From Macrostomum lignano (lineage: Eukaryota): 64,000 bases of DNA. The stretch covers positions 542,862 through 606,861 of the forward strand of contig NIVC01000396.1 in NCBI GenBank assembly GCA_002269645.1. The letters run 5' to 3'. A model generated the notes under the pieces. It searched no databases. It was not told the DNA's origin and saw nothing but the letters and a program-made list of their open reading frames with translations. A program made the translations under genes and the position numbers. This document shows, piece after piece, positions 11,867-23,554 of this stretch. Each line of letters begins with the position of its first letter. Position 1 is the first letter of the stretch.

Positions 11867-12830
11867 CCCCGCGACTGATGCGGGTCGACCTGCGCCTGCG
11901 TGGCCGCTGCATTCGGCTGCTCTGCGTGTATGCACCCACCGCTGTTCACCCCGAGGAGGCTCGTACCTTCTTCAACTTCCTGGCTGGGCAGCTAGAAGTG
12001 AAGACCTGCGCGAGGCGGAGTATTCCGACATCAGCACCGCCGTTAGAGCCGCCGCGAAGCAGACAGTCACGCTGATGCGGCCAGCGCAAAAATCGCTGCC
12101 TGTCTGGCAGAGCGACCCGACCATCAGGCAAGCACGGCTCAATATCGAGCGACTCCGCAGAAACCGGCGGCCCACACGCGACGCTGAAGACGCGTTTGAG
12201 TGCCTTCTAGACGAGCGGCAGCAGGCCAACTGTCGACGACGCCGTCAGATCCATCACTGCAGCCGGCCCTGACGTGAAGAGCCGCGAAGTGGTGACGGCC
12301 GTCCGGACTCTGACGGAGCGAAAAAAGCGCGTGGCGCTGAACCTGGCCGGCGACACCCCGGAGGAGCGCAGGAACAAATTGCGCAACTTCTTCGCCAGAA
12401 TCGTGAACGCACCCGCGTCGCCGCTGCCCGCCAGTTTTGCACTCCCACTGGACACGCCGCTCCCAGCTAAGGAGGACTTCTGCACCAGACCAGTCCCCAC
12501 GGAGGACATTGTGCTGTTCGCTCGGAAAACAACAGGCGGGCAGATAATCAAGCTCGCACGCTACCACCGGTTCACCTACCTCGGCGGTCTGGCGCCCCAC
12601 GTGGAGGAGGACCTCCAGTGGCGCAGAGGACTTGCCTGGGCGGTCTTTCATTTGATCCGAGCCGTCCTCCAGTCGAAGCGCAGAACGACCGCCAGAGGGC
12701 TCGCTGTGGCAGGCGGTGGTCGAAACCGTCCTGCTCTACAACGCCGAGACGTGGACGCTTATGGCTACGCTGGAGCGGCAGTTGGACTCGGGGCACTCAG
12801 GGCTGCTCCGTGCGGCCTTTCGAGCTGACG
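11867..12830 (+). mobile_element. RTE-like LINE ORF2 relic, head-to-head with the previous copy
   Basis: APE motif LLCVYAPT, then linker, IVNAPASPLPASFALPLDTPL and RFTYLGGLAPHVEEDL. These segments are shared with the minus-strand copy. Confidence 0.85.
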
Positions 12831-12891
12831 AGAGCGTCTAATACCCGCTGGCCCAATCAAAACCATGAATAGTTAAATTTAACAATTAAAT

Positions 12892-14028
12892 CAGGGACTA
12901 CTCAAACATCGGGACGGGAAACTAGGCAAATCATGGCGAAGTTTTTACGAGGCTGGTTAAATCTATGGCCGCGCCAATGCAGCAGTAGCCATTTTCCATA
13001 TTTCAATAAATCTTCAATAAATTTTATATTTTATTATATCTGTGAATTTTAATATTCATGTGCTATCTGAATTTAACAGATTTAAGCATTGAATAGTCGG
13101 GAATACTCAGTAGATGTGAACTTGTCTGTTCCGCAATGTCACGCACTTCTAAGTTTTTTGTCTTTCTCTCTTGAACGGTGACGGATGATGGAGCCACCTT
13201 CGATGATCTCCGGACAAGTCCCTTAAAGAATGTGTTTGTTGCTCTTCGTGCCACACCTTGGACGTTGAAGTCAATGTAATGGAAGAAATTTTCAGCTATA
13301 GTTGTAAATAGTGTCTGCACTCTCGTTGCGCAAACGGGTGAGTGGGCAGTGAAGCATGCGTAGCAGAGGGTTAGAAATGAAAACAGCCACTCTGGGGGGT
13401 GCCGTAGCTTTCCCCGCGATAGTAACTGAGTAAATTCACCGGCTTCTTCTTTTGTGCTGTCCGCAAGTTCTCTGTCGACGCCTTCAATTTTCTCCTTGAC
13501 ACAGATATAGCCTGAAAAAGATCCATTTAGTACTCGTATCATCGCTGCTTCAGCACACCAAAAATACAATTAGTCTGGGGCTATATACTAATTAGATACA
13601 GCAAGAAAAGAAATCTTACCAGCGATGAAATAAGGTTCGGCAGGGCCTTTTTCCATCGCTCTCGCTCAACCGAGTCCTTCGGAAACAGATGAACTTTCGT
13701 AGCTAATCGTTCGGACTCGTAATTTGACTTGCAGCCAACAACGCTGCACTTTCTTGGCATTGATGCCAACAACACAAGCAGAAAAATCGAGCTTGTCCTA
13801 CGCGTCTGCCAGAAACTTAGCTGCTATAAAATAATGCAAGCATCCCTGCTAGACTGTAGTGGAAATAACGGTATCACAAGCTTCAAATAATAGAAAATAA
13901 CCATAGACAACAAAGTATCGCTCTATACAAATAAGCCAGCCAGCCTCGTCAGCTGCTAACAAACCAGCCTCGTAAAAACTTCGCCATGATTTGCCTAGTT
14001 TCCCGTCCCGATGTTTGAGTAGTCCCTG
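12892..14028 (-). mobile_element. Internally deleted P-element-superfamily (THAP) transposon, 1137 bp
   Basis: Perfect 67-bp TIRs (cagggactactcaaacatcgggacggg...gctggtt) and 8-bp TSD AATTAAAT (12884-12891, 14029-14036). THAP domain MPRKCSVVGCKSNY...HLFPKD...RWKKALP starts at 13760. Transposase C-terminal remnant FSGYI...SRGKLRHP at 13063-13569. Confidence 0.93.
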
Positions 14029-14575
14029 AATTAAATTTACGCCATTCGCTTTACTCTATAATGGTTGACCTCCACATTTCGGTGTACATTTAGCAATATT
14101 ATAGGCCTAACAATATCTGTTGTTCGACTATGGCCTAGTTCCATTCTTCCGTCGCAAAACAACCCCACTATTGCTACATGCAACAAACGCCGACACGATC
14201 TCGATGGCGTCGCTGGGCTTAACTTTGAGTGTACCATCTCGGTTTTACAGTCTCCTTTTAGTCAACATTTTGTACTTTATTAACAACATTATTTGCTTTC
14301 GGCAACTAGGGCACTTTCTTCAAGAATCGTAAGAGAAGTATTATGTATACTTCCTTTATTAGTTATTCAATCTAAGGTTCTTGCTTGCTACGAAAACTGA
14401 TTTAGTAGATTTGTCCCGTGTATTTGTATGTCTGATTGCACTTGCAAATAATCACTGACTTAATGTTGCTACATCTTGAGGGAGGTAAGGAATATTTGAA
14501 TCCAAAAAATATAAATGTTACTGAACTGACTGCACATCCTGTTCGTGTCACAATCCTTATTTAACTGATGCCAAA

Positions 14576-16722
14576 TCAGCGGGTATTAGCAAAGTTGAAC
14601 ACCAGCGCCAGAACTACAGACAGAAAGGTGGATCGCAGCTCGGTCGCCGACTTAGTTGAGCTTTTTGTACCAGCCGTTGTTGTCGTAGCACTGGTAGGTG
14701 AGCCTTTTTTACCAGCCGTTGTTGTCGTAGCACTGGTAGGTGAGCCTTTTTTACCAGCCGTTGTTGTATTAGCACTGGTAGTTGGGCTTTCTGTAGCAGC
14801 CGATGTTGTATTAGCACTGGTAGTTGGGCTTTCTGTAGCAGCCGATGTTGTATTAGCACTGGTAGTTGGGCTTTCTGTAGCAGCCGATGTTGTATTAGCA
14901 CTGGTAGTTGGGCTTTCTGTAGCAGCCGATGTTGTATTGGCACTGGTAGTTGGGCTTTCTGTAGAAGCCGATGTTGTATTAGCACTGGTAGTTGGGCTTT
15001 CTGTAGCAGCCGATGTTGTATTAGCACTGGTAGTTGGGCTTTCTGTAGCAGCCGATGTTGTATTGGCACTGTTAGTTGGGCTTTCTGTAGCAGCCGATGT
15101 TGTATTAGCACTGGTAGTTGGGCTTTCTGTAGCAGCCGATGTTGTATTAGCACTGGTAGTTGGGCTTTCTGTAGCAGCCGATGTTGTATTAGCACTGGTA
15201 GTTGGGCTTTCTGTAGCAGCCGATGTTGTATTAGCACTGGTAGTTGGGCTTTCTGTAGCAGCCGATGTTGTATTAGCACTGGTAGTTGGGCTTTCTGTAG
15301 CAGCCGATGTTGTATTAGCACTGGTAGTTGGGCTTTCTGTAGCAGCCGATGTTGTATTAGCACTGGTAGTTGGGCTTTCTGTAGCAGCCGATGTTGTATT
15401 AGCACTGGTAGTTGGGCTTTCTGTAGCAGCCGATGTTGTATTAGCACTGGTAGTTGGGCTTTCTGTAGCAGCCGATGTTGTATTAGCACTGGTAGTTGGG
15501 CTTTCTGTAGCAGCCGATGTAGTATTAGCACTGGTAGTTGGGCTTTCTGTAGCAGCCGATGTTGTATTAGCACTGGTAGTTGGGCTTTCTGTAGCAGCCG
15601 ATGTTGTATTAGCACTGGTAGTTGGGCTTTCTGTAGCAGCCGATGTTGTATTAGCACTGGTAGTTGGGCTTTCTGTAGCAGCCGATGTTGTATTAGCACT
15701 GGTAGTTGGGCTTTCTGTAGCAGCCGATGTTGTATTAGCACTGGTAGTTGGGCTTTCTGTAGCAGCCGATGTTGTATTAGCACTGGTAGTTGGGCTTTCT
15801 GTAGCAGCCGATGTTGTATTAGCACTGGTAGTTGGGCTTTCTGTAGCAGCCGATGTTGTATTAGCACTGGTAGTTGGGCTTTCTGTAGCAGCCGATGTTG
15901 TATTAGCACTGGTAGTTGGGCTTTCTGTAGCAGCCGATGTTGTATTGGCACTGTTAGTTGGGCTTTCTGTAGCAGCCGATGTTGTATTAGCACTGGTAGT
16001 TGGGCTTTCTGTAGCAGCCGATGTTGTATTAGCACTGGTAGTTGGGCTTTCTGTAGCAGCCGATGTTGTATTAGCACTGGTAGTTGGGCTTTCTGTAGCA
16101 GCCGATGTTGTATTAGCACTGGTAGTTGGGCTTTCTGTAGCAGCCGATGTTGTATTAGCACTGGTAGTTGGGCTTTCTGTAGCAGCCGATGTTGTATTAG
16201 CACTGGTAGTTGGGCTTTCTGTAGCAGCCGATGTTGTATTAGCACTGGTAGTTGGGCTTTCTGTAGCAGCCGATGTTGTATTAGCACTGGTAGTTGGGCT
16301 TTCTGTAGCAGCCGATGTTGTATTAGCACTGGTAGTTGGGCTTTCTGTAGCAGCCGATGTTGTATTAGCACTGGTAGTTGGGCTTTCTGTAGCAGCCGAT
16401 GTTGTATTGGCACTGGTAGTTGGGCTTTCTGTAGAAGCCGATGTTGTATTAGCACTGGTAGTTGGGCTTTCTGTAGCAGCCGATGTTGTATTGGCACTGG
16501 TAGTTGGGCTACTCCTAGGTTTGCGAGTACTTTTCGGCGCGGCAGATTGCAGGAGCGCCAGAATGATGGCTGGGGATCGGAAAATTAGGATTTAAAGCAG
16601 GTTACCTGCAGGTGCTCGTACAGATACTAAGAAGCCAAAGCTCAGGTTTACTTACCCCAGCCAGCAGGTGTCGAGCATTCATTGCCAATCCAAATTTGAG
16701 CAATATTGAGTACTAGAAGCAT
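14576..16722 (-). CDS. Predicted GPI-anchored mucin-like glycoprotein (~680 aa)
   Basis: Main exon 16569-14576 follows the acceptor ttttccgatccccag and reads (A)IILALLQSAAPKSTRKPRSSPTT, then ~41 x SANTTSAATESPTT, then GKKGSPTSATTTTAG...SATELRSTFLSVVLALVFNFANTR*. Upstream mini-exon ends at 16656 (GGG|gtaagt). ATG is at 16722 (phase-compatible) or 16682 (needs one extra G). Confidence 0.8.
14760..16505. repeat. 42-bp coding tandem repeat (~41 near-identical copies)
   Basis: Unit ttgtattagcactggtagttgggctttctgtagcagccgatg; encodes the mucin repeat on the minus strand. Confidence 0.97.
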
Positions 16723-16747
16723 GCGCCTGAAGTCCGCCTTCGACACC

Positions 16748-16754
16748 TTATATA
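16748..16754 (-). promoter_or_regulatory. Putative TATA box of the mucin gene
   Basis: TATATAA on the minus strand, ~30 nt above ATG 16722 and ~70 nt above ATG 16682. Confidence 0.45.
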
Positions 16755-17065
16755 CACGAGCTGGTCAGAGCATTAATTACGAGCTAAAATGCCAAGTCCT
16801 ACAGGAGAAGAAAAAATGGTCTGACATTTCCGAACTATACTTCGCACTTCAAGAACGAAAATATTTGGCTGTTGAATAAAGACAATAAATTTTTCTCGGA
16901 TTCAATAAAGTAAAATGTAAGCACCTCGAATATTGCTAAATGCTTTTCAGTGCGTCGCTGACAATTTCGAATAGAAATTGGCACACAAACTGCGTTAAAT
17001 TTCGAGCTCTGTTTTTTCTAAGATACCTGAACCCAGACAAAATTGCAGGTTAATGCAAAGCACAA

Positions 17066-17074
17066 CGTCTGTCC

Positions 17075-17118
<44 letters not shown>

Positions 17119-17170
17119 GTATTAGTGTCTTAGTGTCTTAGTGTCTGTCTGTCTGTTTGTCTGTCTTAGA

Positions 17171-17210
<40 letters not shown>

Positions 17211-17266
17211 TAGTGTCTTGTATGTCTGTCTGTCTGTCTGTGTGTCTTAGTGTCTGTCTGTCTGTG

Positions 17267-17309
<43 letters not shown>

Positions 17310-17395
17310 GTGTCTGTCTGTGTGTCTGTCTGTCTGTCTATCTGTATTAGTGTCTTAGTGTCTTAGTGTCTGTCTGTCTGTTTGTCTGTCTTAGA

Positions 17396-17443
<48 letters not shown>

Positions 17444-17455
17444 TAGTGTCTTGTA

Positions 17456-17490
<35 letters not shown>

Positions 17491-17583
17491 GTGTCTTAGT
17501 GTCTGTCTGTCTGTGTGTCTGTCTGTCTGTCTGTCTGTGTGTCTGTCTGTCTGTCTGTCTGTGTGTCTGTCTGTGTGTCTGTG

Positions 17584-17645
<62 letters not shown>
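17066..17645. repeat. (TCTG)n microsatellite with TCTTAGTG interruptions
   Basis: Directly visible. Contains an internal ~226-bp duplication (17112 vs 17338). Confidence 0.97.
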
Positions 17646-17649
<4 letters not shown>

Positions 17650-18114
17650 AAACTAGATTCTCGGTGATTTGACTATCATTCTATTTTTATGAGTTGCTTT
17701 TCCAGGCGAGCAGAATTGTTCTGTGACTCTTTCCACTGCATTTTCTGGTGAGATTAACATTTTATACTCGTAGTCTCGTAGTTTAGTTCGTAGACCTGCA
17801 AGCAAAGCTTGGAATCAGGTATCGGCGCAGGCTGGGAGACAGAGAGGCGATGGCATTTTCAGCATAAATATAATAAATATTTATTTAGGCCCACAGCCAG
17901 CGCTGAGGCAATTCTGCCCCGTTCCGCTGACTGCTGAGCGCATTCAAGCTCACCAATGCTGTACACAGGCCCGCAGTCACGCACACACGCTCTCACAGGG
18001 TGTACAGCGGCACCGAATTTCCAATCGTCAGGCATGTACACTGCCTGCGCCTTGGGTTGGTCGAATGTGGCACGACAGCCGACTTTTTAAGACGAGGTCA
18101 GAAGGGATTGCCAC

Positions 18115-19290
18115 TTGACAGTGTCTAAGGGATCGCCATTAGACAGTGTCTAAGGGATCGCCATTAGACAGTTTCTAAGGGATCGTCATTAGACAGTTTC
18201 TAAGGGATCGCCATTAGACAGTTTCTAAGGGATCGTCATTAGACAGTTTCTAAGGGATCGTCATTAGACAGTTTCAAAGGGATCGTCATTAGACAGTTTC
18301 TAAGGGATCGCCATTAGACAGTTTCTAAGGGATCGTCATTAGACAGTTTCTAAGGGATCGTCATTAGACAGTTTCTAAGGAATCATTGTTAGACAGTTTC
18401 TAAGAAGTCACCGTTAGACAGTTTCTAAGGGATCGCCATTAGACAGTTTCTAAAGGATCGCCATTAGACAGTTTCTAAGGAATCATTGTTAGACAGTTTC
18501 TAAGGGATCGCCATTAGACAGTTTCTAAGGGATCGTCATTAGACAGTTTCTAAGGGATCGCCATTAGACAGTTTCTAAGGGATCGCCATTAGACAGTTTC
18601 TAAGGGATCGTCATTAGACAGTTTCTAAGGGATCGCCATTAGACAGTTTCTAAGGGATCGCCATTAGACAGTTTCTAAGGGATCGTCATTAGACAGTTTC
18701 TAAGGGATCGCCATTAGACAGTATCTAAGGGATCGTCATTAGACAGTTTCTAAGGGATCGCCATTAGACAGTTTCTAAGGGATCGTCATTAGACAGTTTC
18801 TAAGGGATCGCCATTAGACAGTATCTAAGGGATCGTCATTAGACAGTTTCTAAGGGATCGCCATTAGACAGTATCTAAGGGATCGTCATTAGACAGTTTC
18901 TAAGGGATCGCCATTAGACAGTTTCTAAGGAATCGCCATTAGACAGTATCTAAGGGATCGTCATTAGACAGTTTCTAAGGGATCGCCATTAGACAGTATC
19001 TAAGGGATCGTCATTAGACAGTTTCTAAGGGATCGCCATTAGACAGTTTCTAAGGAATCACCATTAGACAGTTTCTAAGGGATCGCCATTAGACAGTTTC
19101 TAAGGAATCACCATTAGACAGTTTCTAAGGGATCGCCATTAGACAGTTTCTAAGGAATCACCATTAGACAGTTTCTAAGGGATCGCCATTAGACAGTTTC
19201 TAAGAAGTCACCGTTAGACAGTTTCTAAGGGATCGCCATTAGACAGTTTCTATGAAGTCACCGTTAGACAGTTTCTAAAGGATCGCCGTT
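18115..19290. repeat. 25-bp minisatellite (agacagtttctaagggatcgccatt)
   Basis: About 46 tandem copies with alternating variants (gcc/gtc, ttt/tat). Confidence 0.97.
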
Positions 19291-19789
19291 TTTGATCTAC
19301 TGCAGAGAAATACTTTAAATTTAAGCCAATTGTAAAAAATCATTCATCAGTTTAGTCATTCATGCCGCGAACGACTGGTGCTTGTATTTTCCACTTTCAC
19401 TTTTTACTTTAATAATAATCCAAAAGAGCCAGTCGGGCACAGTTTTGAGTACAAGAGCGTACGAGAGTTCATTAGCGCAGGTGCGAGACAGTACAGTGTG
19501 TTAGTGAAGACTGCGGTTACGGTGGCAGCTACAAGCTAAATCAAATTTTTTCGTTACTTTTGAAGGGAAAACCTTGCTGAAAAACCTAGTATGGGCTAAG
19601 CATACTGTAGGCTTTTGACTGTTGAAGCTATGAATATGAAAATTTTCTAAGCTTGTTTAAGTAGCAAATGAAATTCAGTAGCTCTATCTACTGAGGGGAA
19701 TCAGAATGTTACTACCTAACTATTTTTTTGTACGAAGCATTGGGGGAGCATGAATTTGTGACGGGAAATTATCCGTAGGGAATTTGGGA

Positions 19790-20435
19790 TGAGGAATTAA
19801 GGAATAGTGAGCTTTGCAATGGGCAATTAGGGAATGGAGAGTTGAGGAATAGGGAATAAAGCAATAAAAAAATTAGAGAAAGAGGAATTAGGGAACGGGG
19901 AATTAGGGAATCGGAATTAGGGAATGGGGAATTAGGAAATGGGGAATTAGGGAATGGGAAATTAGGGAATGGGGAATTATGGAATGGGGAATTAGGGAAT
20001 GGGGAATTAGGGAATGGGAAATTAGGGAATGGGGAATTAGGAAATGGGGAATTAGGGAATGGGAAATTAGGGAATGGGGAATTATGGAATGGGGAATTAG
20101 GGAATGGGGAATTATGGAATGGGGAATTAGGGACTGGGGAATGAGGAACTGGGGGATTAGGGGATGGGGAATTAGGAAATGGGGAATTAGGGAATGGGAA
20201 ATTAGGGACTGGGGAATGAGGAACTGGGGGATTAGGGGATGGGGAATTAGGAAATGGGGAATTAGGGAATGGGAAATTAGGGACTGGGGAATGAGGAACT
20301 GGGGGATTAGGGGATGGGGAATTAGGGACTGGGGAATGAGGAACTGGGGAATTAGGGAATGGGGAATTAGGGAATGGGGGAATTAAGGAATGGCGAATTA
20401 GGGAATGTGGAATTAGGGAATGGGGAATTAGATAA
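19790..20435. repeat. 15-bp G-rich repeat (gggaatggggaatta)n
   Basis: About 40 copies. Begins at the Ly6 stop codon; each unit carries TTAGGG and GGAATG. Confidence 0.95.
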
Positions 20436-22992
20436 TGGGGAATTGAGCATGAGGAACTAGGACCACAGAGGCGAACAGGCGGCAGCACAGAGCGGCCAGG
20501 GCGGCCGCTGCGGTGGTGGCGAGGCCGGGACCGATCCCCGCAGCGGAGTCCTGCACAGACCGAGGGTCATCGTGCAGGATGCTGCCGCCAGAGGTGGCAT
20601 TGCAGACCCCGTCGGCGTGGCAGATGGTGCAGTTGAAGGTGTAGGCCGGGCAGGGGCCGCAGCCGGCGTTGAAAAACTGCAGAGGGGCAGATGGGGCGCG
20701 CGACCTGCAGAATCCCCTTAAGATAGGGAAAATAATATAGAATGACAATAATCTTGAATCAATGAGATTATACCTTCAGTTATCCTAAAATGACCTACAG
20801 TGTCACTAAGGGGATCATGGCCAACATTTATCCCATCGGATAAAATGACCTACAATGTCACTAAGAGGATCATGGCCAACACTTATCCCATCGGATAAAA
20901 TGACCTACAATGTCACTAAGAGGATCATGGCCAACATTTATCCCATCGGATAAAATGACCTACAATGTCACTAAGAGGATCATGGCCAACATTTATCCCA
21001 TCGGATAAAATGACCTACAATGTCACTAAGAGGATCATGGCCAACACTTATCCCATCGGATAAAATGACCTACAATGTCACTAAGAGGATCATGGCCAAC
21101 ACTTATCCCATCGGATAAAATGACCTACAATGTCACTAAGGGGATCATGGCCAACATTTATCCCATCGGATAAAATGACCTACAATGTCACTAAGGGGAT
21201 CATGGCCAACATTTATTCCCATTGGAAAAAATGACCTACAATGTCACTAAGGGGATCATGGCCAACATTTATCCCATCGGATAAAATGACCTACAATGTC
21301 ACTAAGGGGATCATGGCCAACATTTATTCCCATTGGAAAAAATGACCTACAATGTCACTAAGGGGATCATGGCCAGCACTTATCCCATTGGAAAAAATGA
21401 CCTACAATGTCACTAAGGTCTAAGGGGATCATGGCCAACATTTATTTCAATAGAAAACATGACCTTCAATGTTACGAGCAAACAATGTCTCCCGGATGCC
21501 AATATAGAAGTCCAGAGGCTCACCGGCAGGCGGGAGGCGGACTTCTCGTAGAAGCAGCGGTGCTCGCCGGGCGGGCAGATCACGGACTCGGTGGGCTCCA
21601 CCCGGGAGACCTTGGCGTGGAGGCAGAAGCGGTAGTCTGCATGCAGCCGCTTCCACAGCTTCTGGTTGCAGAGATCCTTGCCGTGGCAGTTGGAGATGTA
21701 CTCATCCACTGGTCCGTTGGCACCGCTGTACGAGGCCTTGATCCGGCCGCCGCAGCCCGCCGTGTACGTCTGCGGGGTGTCCGTAGTGTGAGGATCGGTG
21801 CTGAGTGAGCTGGGATATCATTGAGAATCAGTGCTGCGAGTTGGGATGTGGGGATGGAGGTGTCGGCCTGATGTTCAACTGTACACAGAAGACGACATCG
21901 AGGCTGCGATTTCAACAGTTCGTCTACCTCGGCGGTCTGGTTCCCGACGCCCGCGAGTATCTGCACAGGACTGCCTTCAGTCTGAGACCCTCCTGACTAC
22001 CAGAGGCCGCCTTCAAAAGATCGGCGACGAGGGAGTCACCAGCGCGGCACTCCACCGCCTCGCGGACCTGGTCCGCCTAAGCGATCTGTTGCGCCGTCGG
22101 CAACTCCAGCTGGCCGACTACATCAACCCTGTCGAGCCGTACTGCCCGCAGCCGGTGAAATTGCAGCTGCCGATGACGCTGCAGGCACCCCACAGGCACT
22201 CGGCGCTTGGATTCGGTCGGTGGCGCGACATACGTTAGCGCAGGGGCTTTGAGGCTCTCTTCAAGACAGCGTATTATGTACTAGATAAGAGCGGGGATCT
22301 GAGGGGATCAGTGCAGTGAGAGCAGGGGTCTGAGGAGATCAGTGCAGTGAGAGCAGGGATCTGAGGGGATCAGTGCAGTGAGAGCAGGGATCTGAGGGGA
22401 TCAGTGCAGTGAGAGCAGGGGTCTGAGGAGATCAGTGCAGTGAGAGCAGGGGTCTGAGGGGATCAGTGCAGTGAGAGCAGGGATCTGAGGAGATCAGTGC
22501 AGTGAGAGCAGGGGTCTGAGGGGATCAGTGCAGTGAGAGCAGGGATCTGAGGAGATCAGTGCAGTGAGAGCAGGGATCTGAGGGGATCAGTGCAGTGAGA
22601 GCAGGGATCTGAGGGGATCAGTGTAGTGAGAGCAGGGATCTGAGGAGATCAGTGCAGTGAGAGCAGGGGTCTGAGGGGATCAGTGCAGTGAGAGCAGGGG
22701 TCTGAGGAGATCAGTGCAGTGAGAGCAGGGATTCGAGGGATCAGTGCAGTGAGAGCAGGGATTCGAGGGGATCAGAGCAGCGCCCTACCAAGTGGCTGAC
22801 TCCGTGGTAGCCATACACATATTCGTAGCAGGTGTTGACTCCATCCTCGCAGGTCATGTTGCCACGGGGATCAGCAAATTTGGTGGCATTGTAGCAGGTG
22901 ATCGGCGCCCTTCTCTGCTGCAGAGTCGGGCTGATCAGCATGCAGGCCAGCAGCAGAAAAAAGCAAAAGCAGGCAGGCTGGCAAAATGGCAT
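20428..22992 (-). CDS. Two-domain Ly6/uPAR (three-finger) GPI-anchored protein, 3 exons, ~232 aa
   Basis: Exons 22992-22789, 21769-21524 and 20676-20428, all phase 0. Signal peptide MPFCQPACFCFFLLLACMLIS; domain 1 ITCY...TC...TCY...AGC...NCHGKDLCN; domain 2 FCL...IC...RCF...AGCGPC...CTICHADGVCN; hydrophobic tail LATTAAAALAALCCRLFASVVLV. Confidence 0.85.
20790..21470. repeat. 55-bp minisatellite filling Ly6 intron 2
   Basis: Unit atgacctacaatgtcactaagaggatcatggccaacatttatcccatcggataaa, ~12 copies. Confidence 0.95.
21880..22230 (+). mobile_element. Short RTE-like LINE 3' fragment in Ly6 intron 1
   Basis: gacgacatcgaggctgcgatt...cagttcgtctacctcggcggtctggttccc, shared with the 49870-50350 LINE segment. 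Confidence 0.75.
22290..22775. repeat. 31-bp minisatellite in Ly6 intron 1
   Basis: Unit gggatcagtgcagtgagagcagggatctgag, ~15 copies. Confidence 0.95.
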
Positions 22993-23554
22993 TCCAGCTG
23001 CTTCAAACAGCCGCTCAGCTCTGGTTCCACCGAGCTGCTTCGTTCGAACTCCGTTGCCGATGGAAATGGAAATTCCCCGAGCACGAATCTTCCTCGACGA
23101 ACGCTTTGAGCTCAAAAGTTTATTTCAGCTAGAAAGAACTACATGTAGAAGGGTTGGTTCCGCCATAGACAAGTCTTTTTAGTTTTGCAGAGGTAAAGCA
23201 AGGAACGGGAGGGCTGATATATTCCTGCACGGTAAGGAATTCCATTGTCGGATGATTCATCGTGCAGGAATGCACAAAACCGTGCAGGAATGCATTTCTG
23301 CGCCTAATGCTTTTTCAGTGAGATTTTACCATAGACATCCATTCCTGCACGCAAAAGAGTGCAAGAATGCCATTCTTGCATAGGAAATCAGCCGACAATG
23401 ATTAACAAAACTACAAGGGGGAGATTTACTCCAACCCCCCCGACGATTTTTTGCTGCACAGGGACGGAGCAACGCAGGCATTAACTTTTTATTTCAAAGG
23501 TCCATGACACTCATAAAGTGAGCGAGTACACCAGTTCACGCTGCTGTGGTAGGC

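Noticed and set aside
14568-16595. 675-aa plus-strand ORF (AADVVLALVVGLSV)n and 627-aa minus ORF (LIQHRLLQKAQLPV)n
   Set aside because: Shadow frames of a 42-bp repeat; only the third, minus-strand frame has splice, signal and GPI features.
17859-18090. Possible small terminal exon (GCRATF...YMPDDWKF...CVRDC)
   Set aside because: No recognisable domain and no matching upstream donor found.
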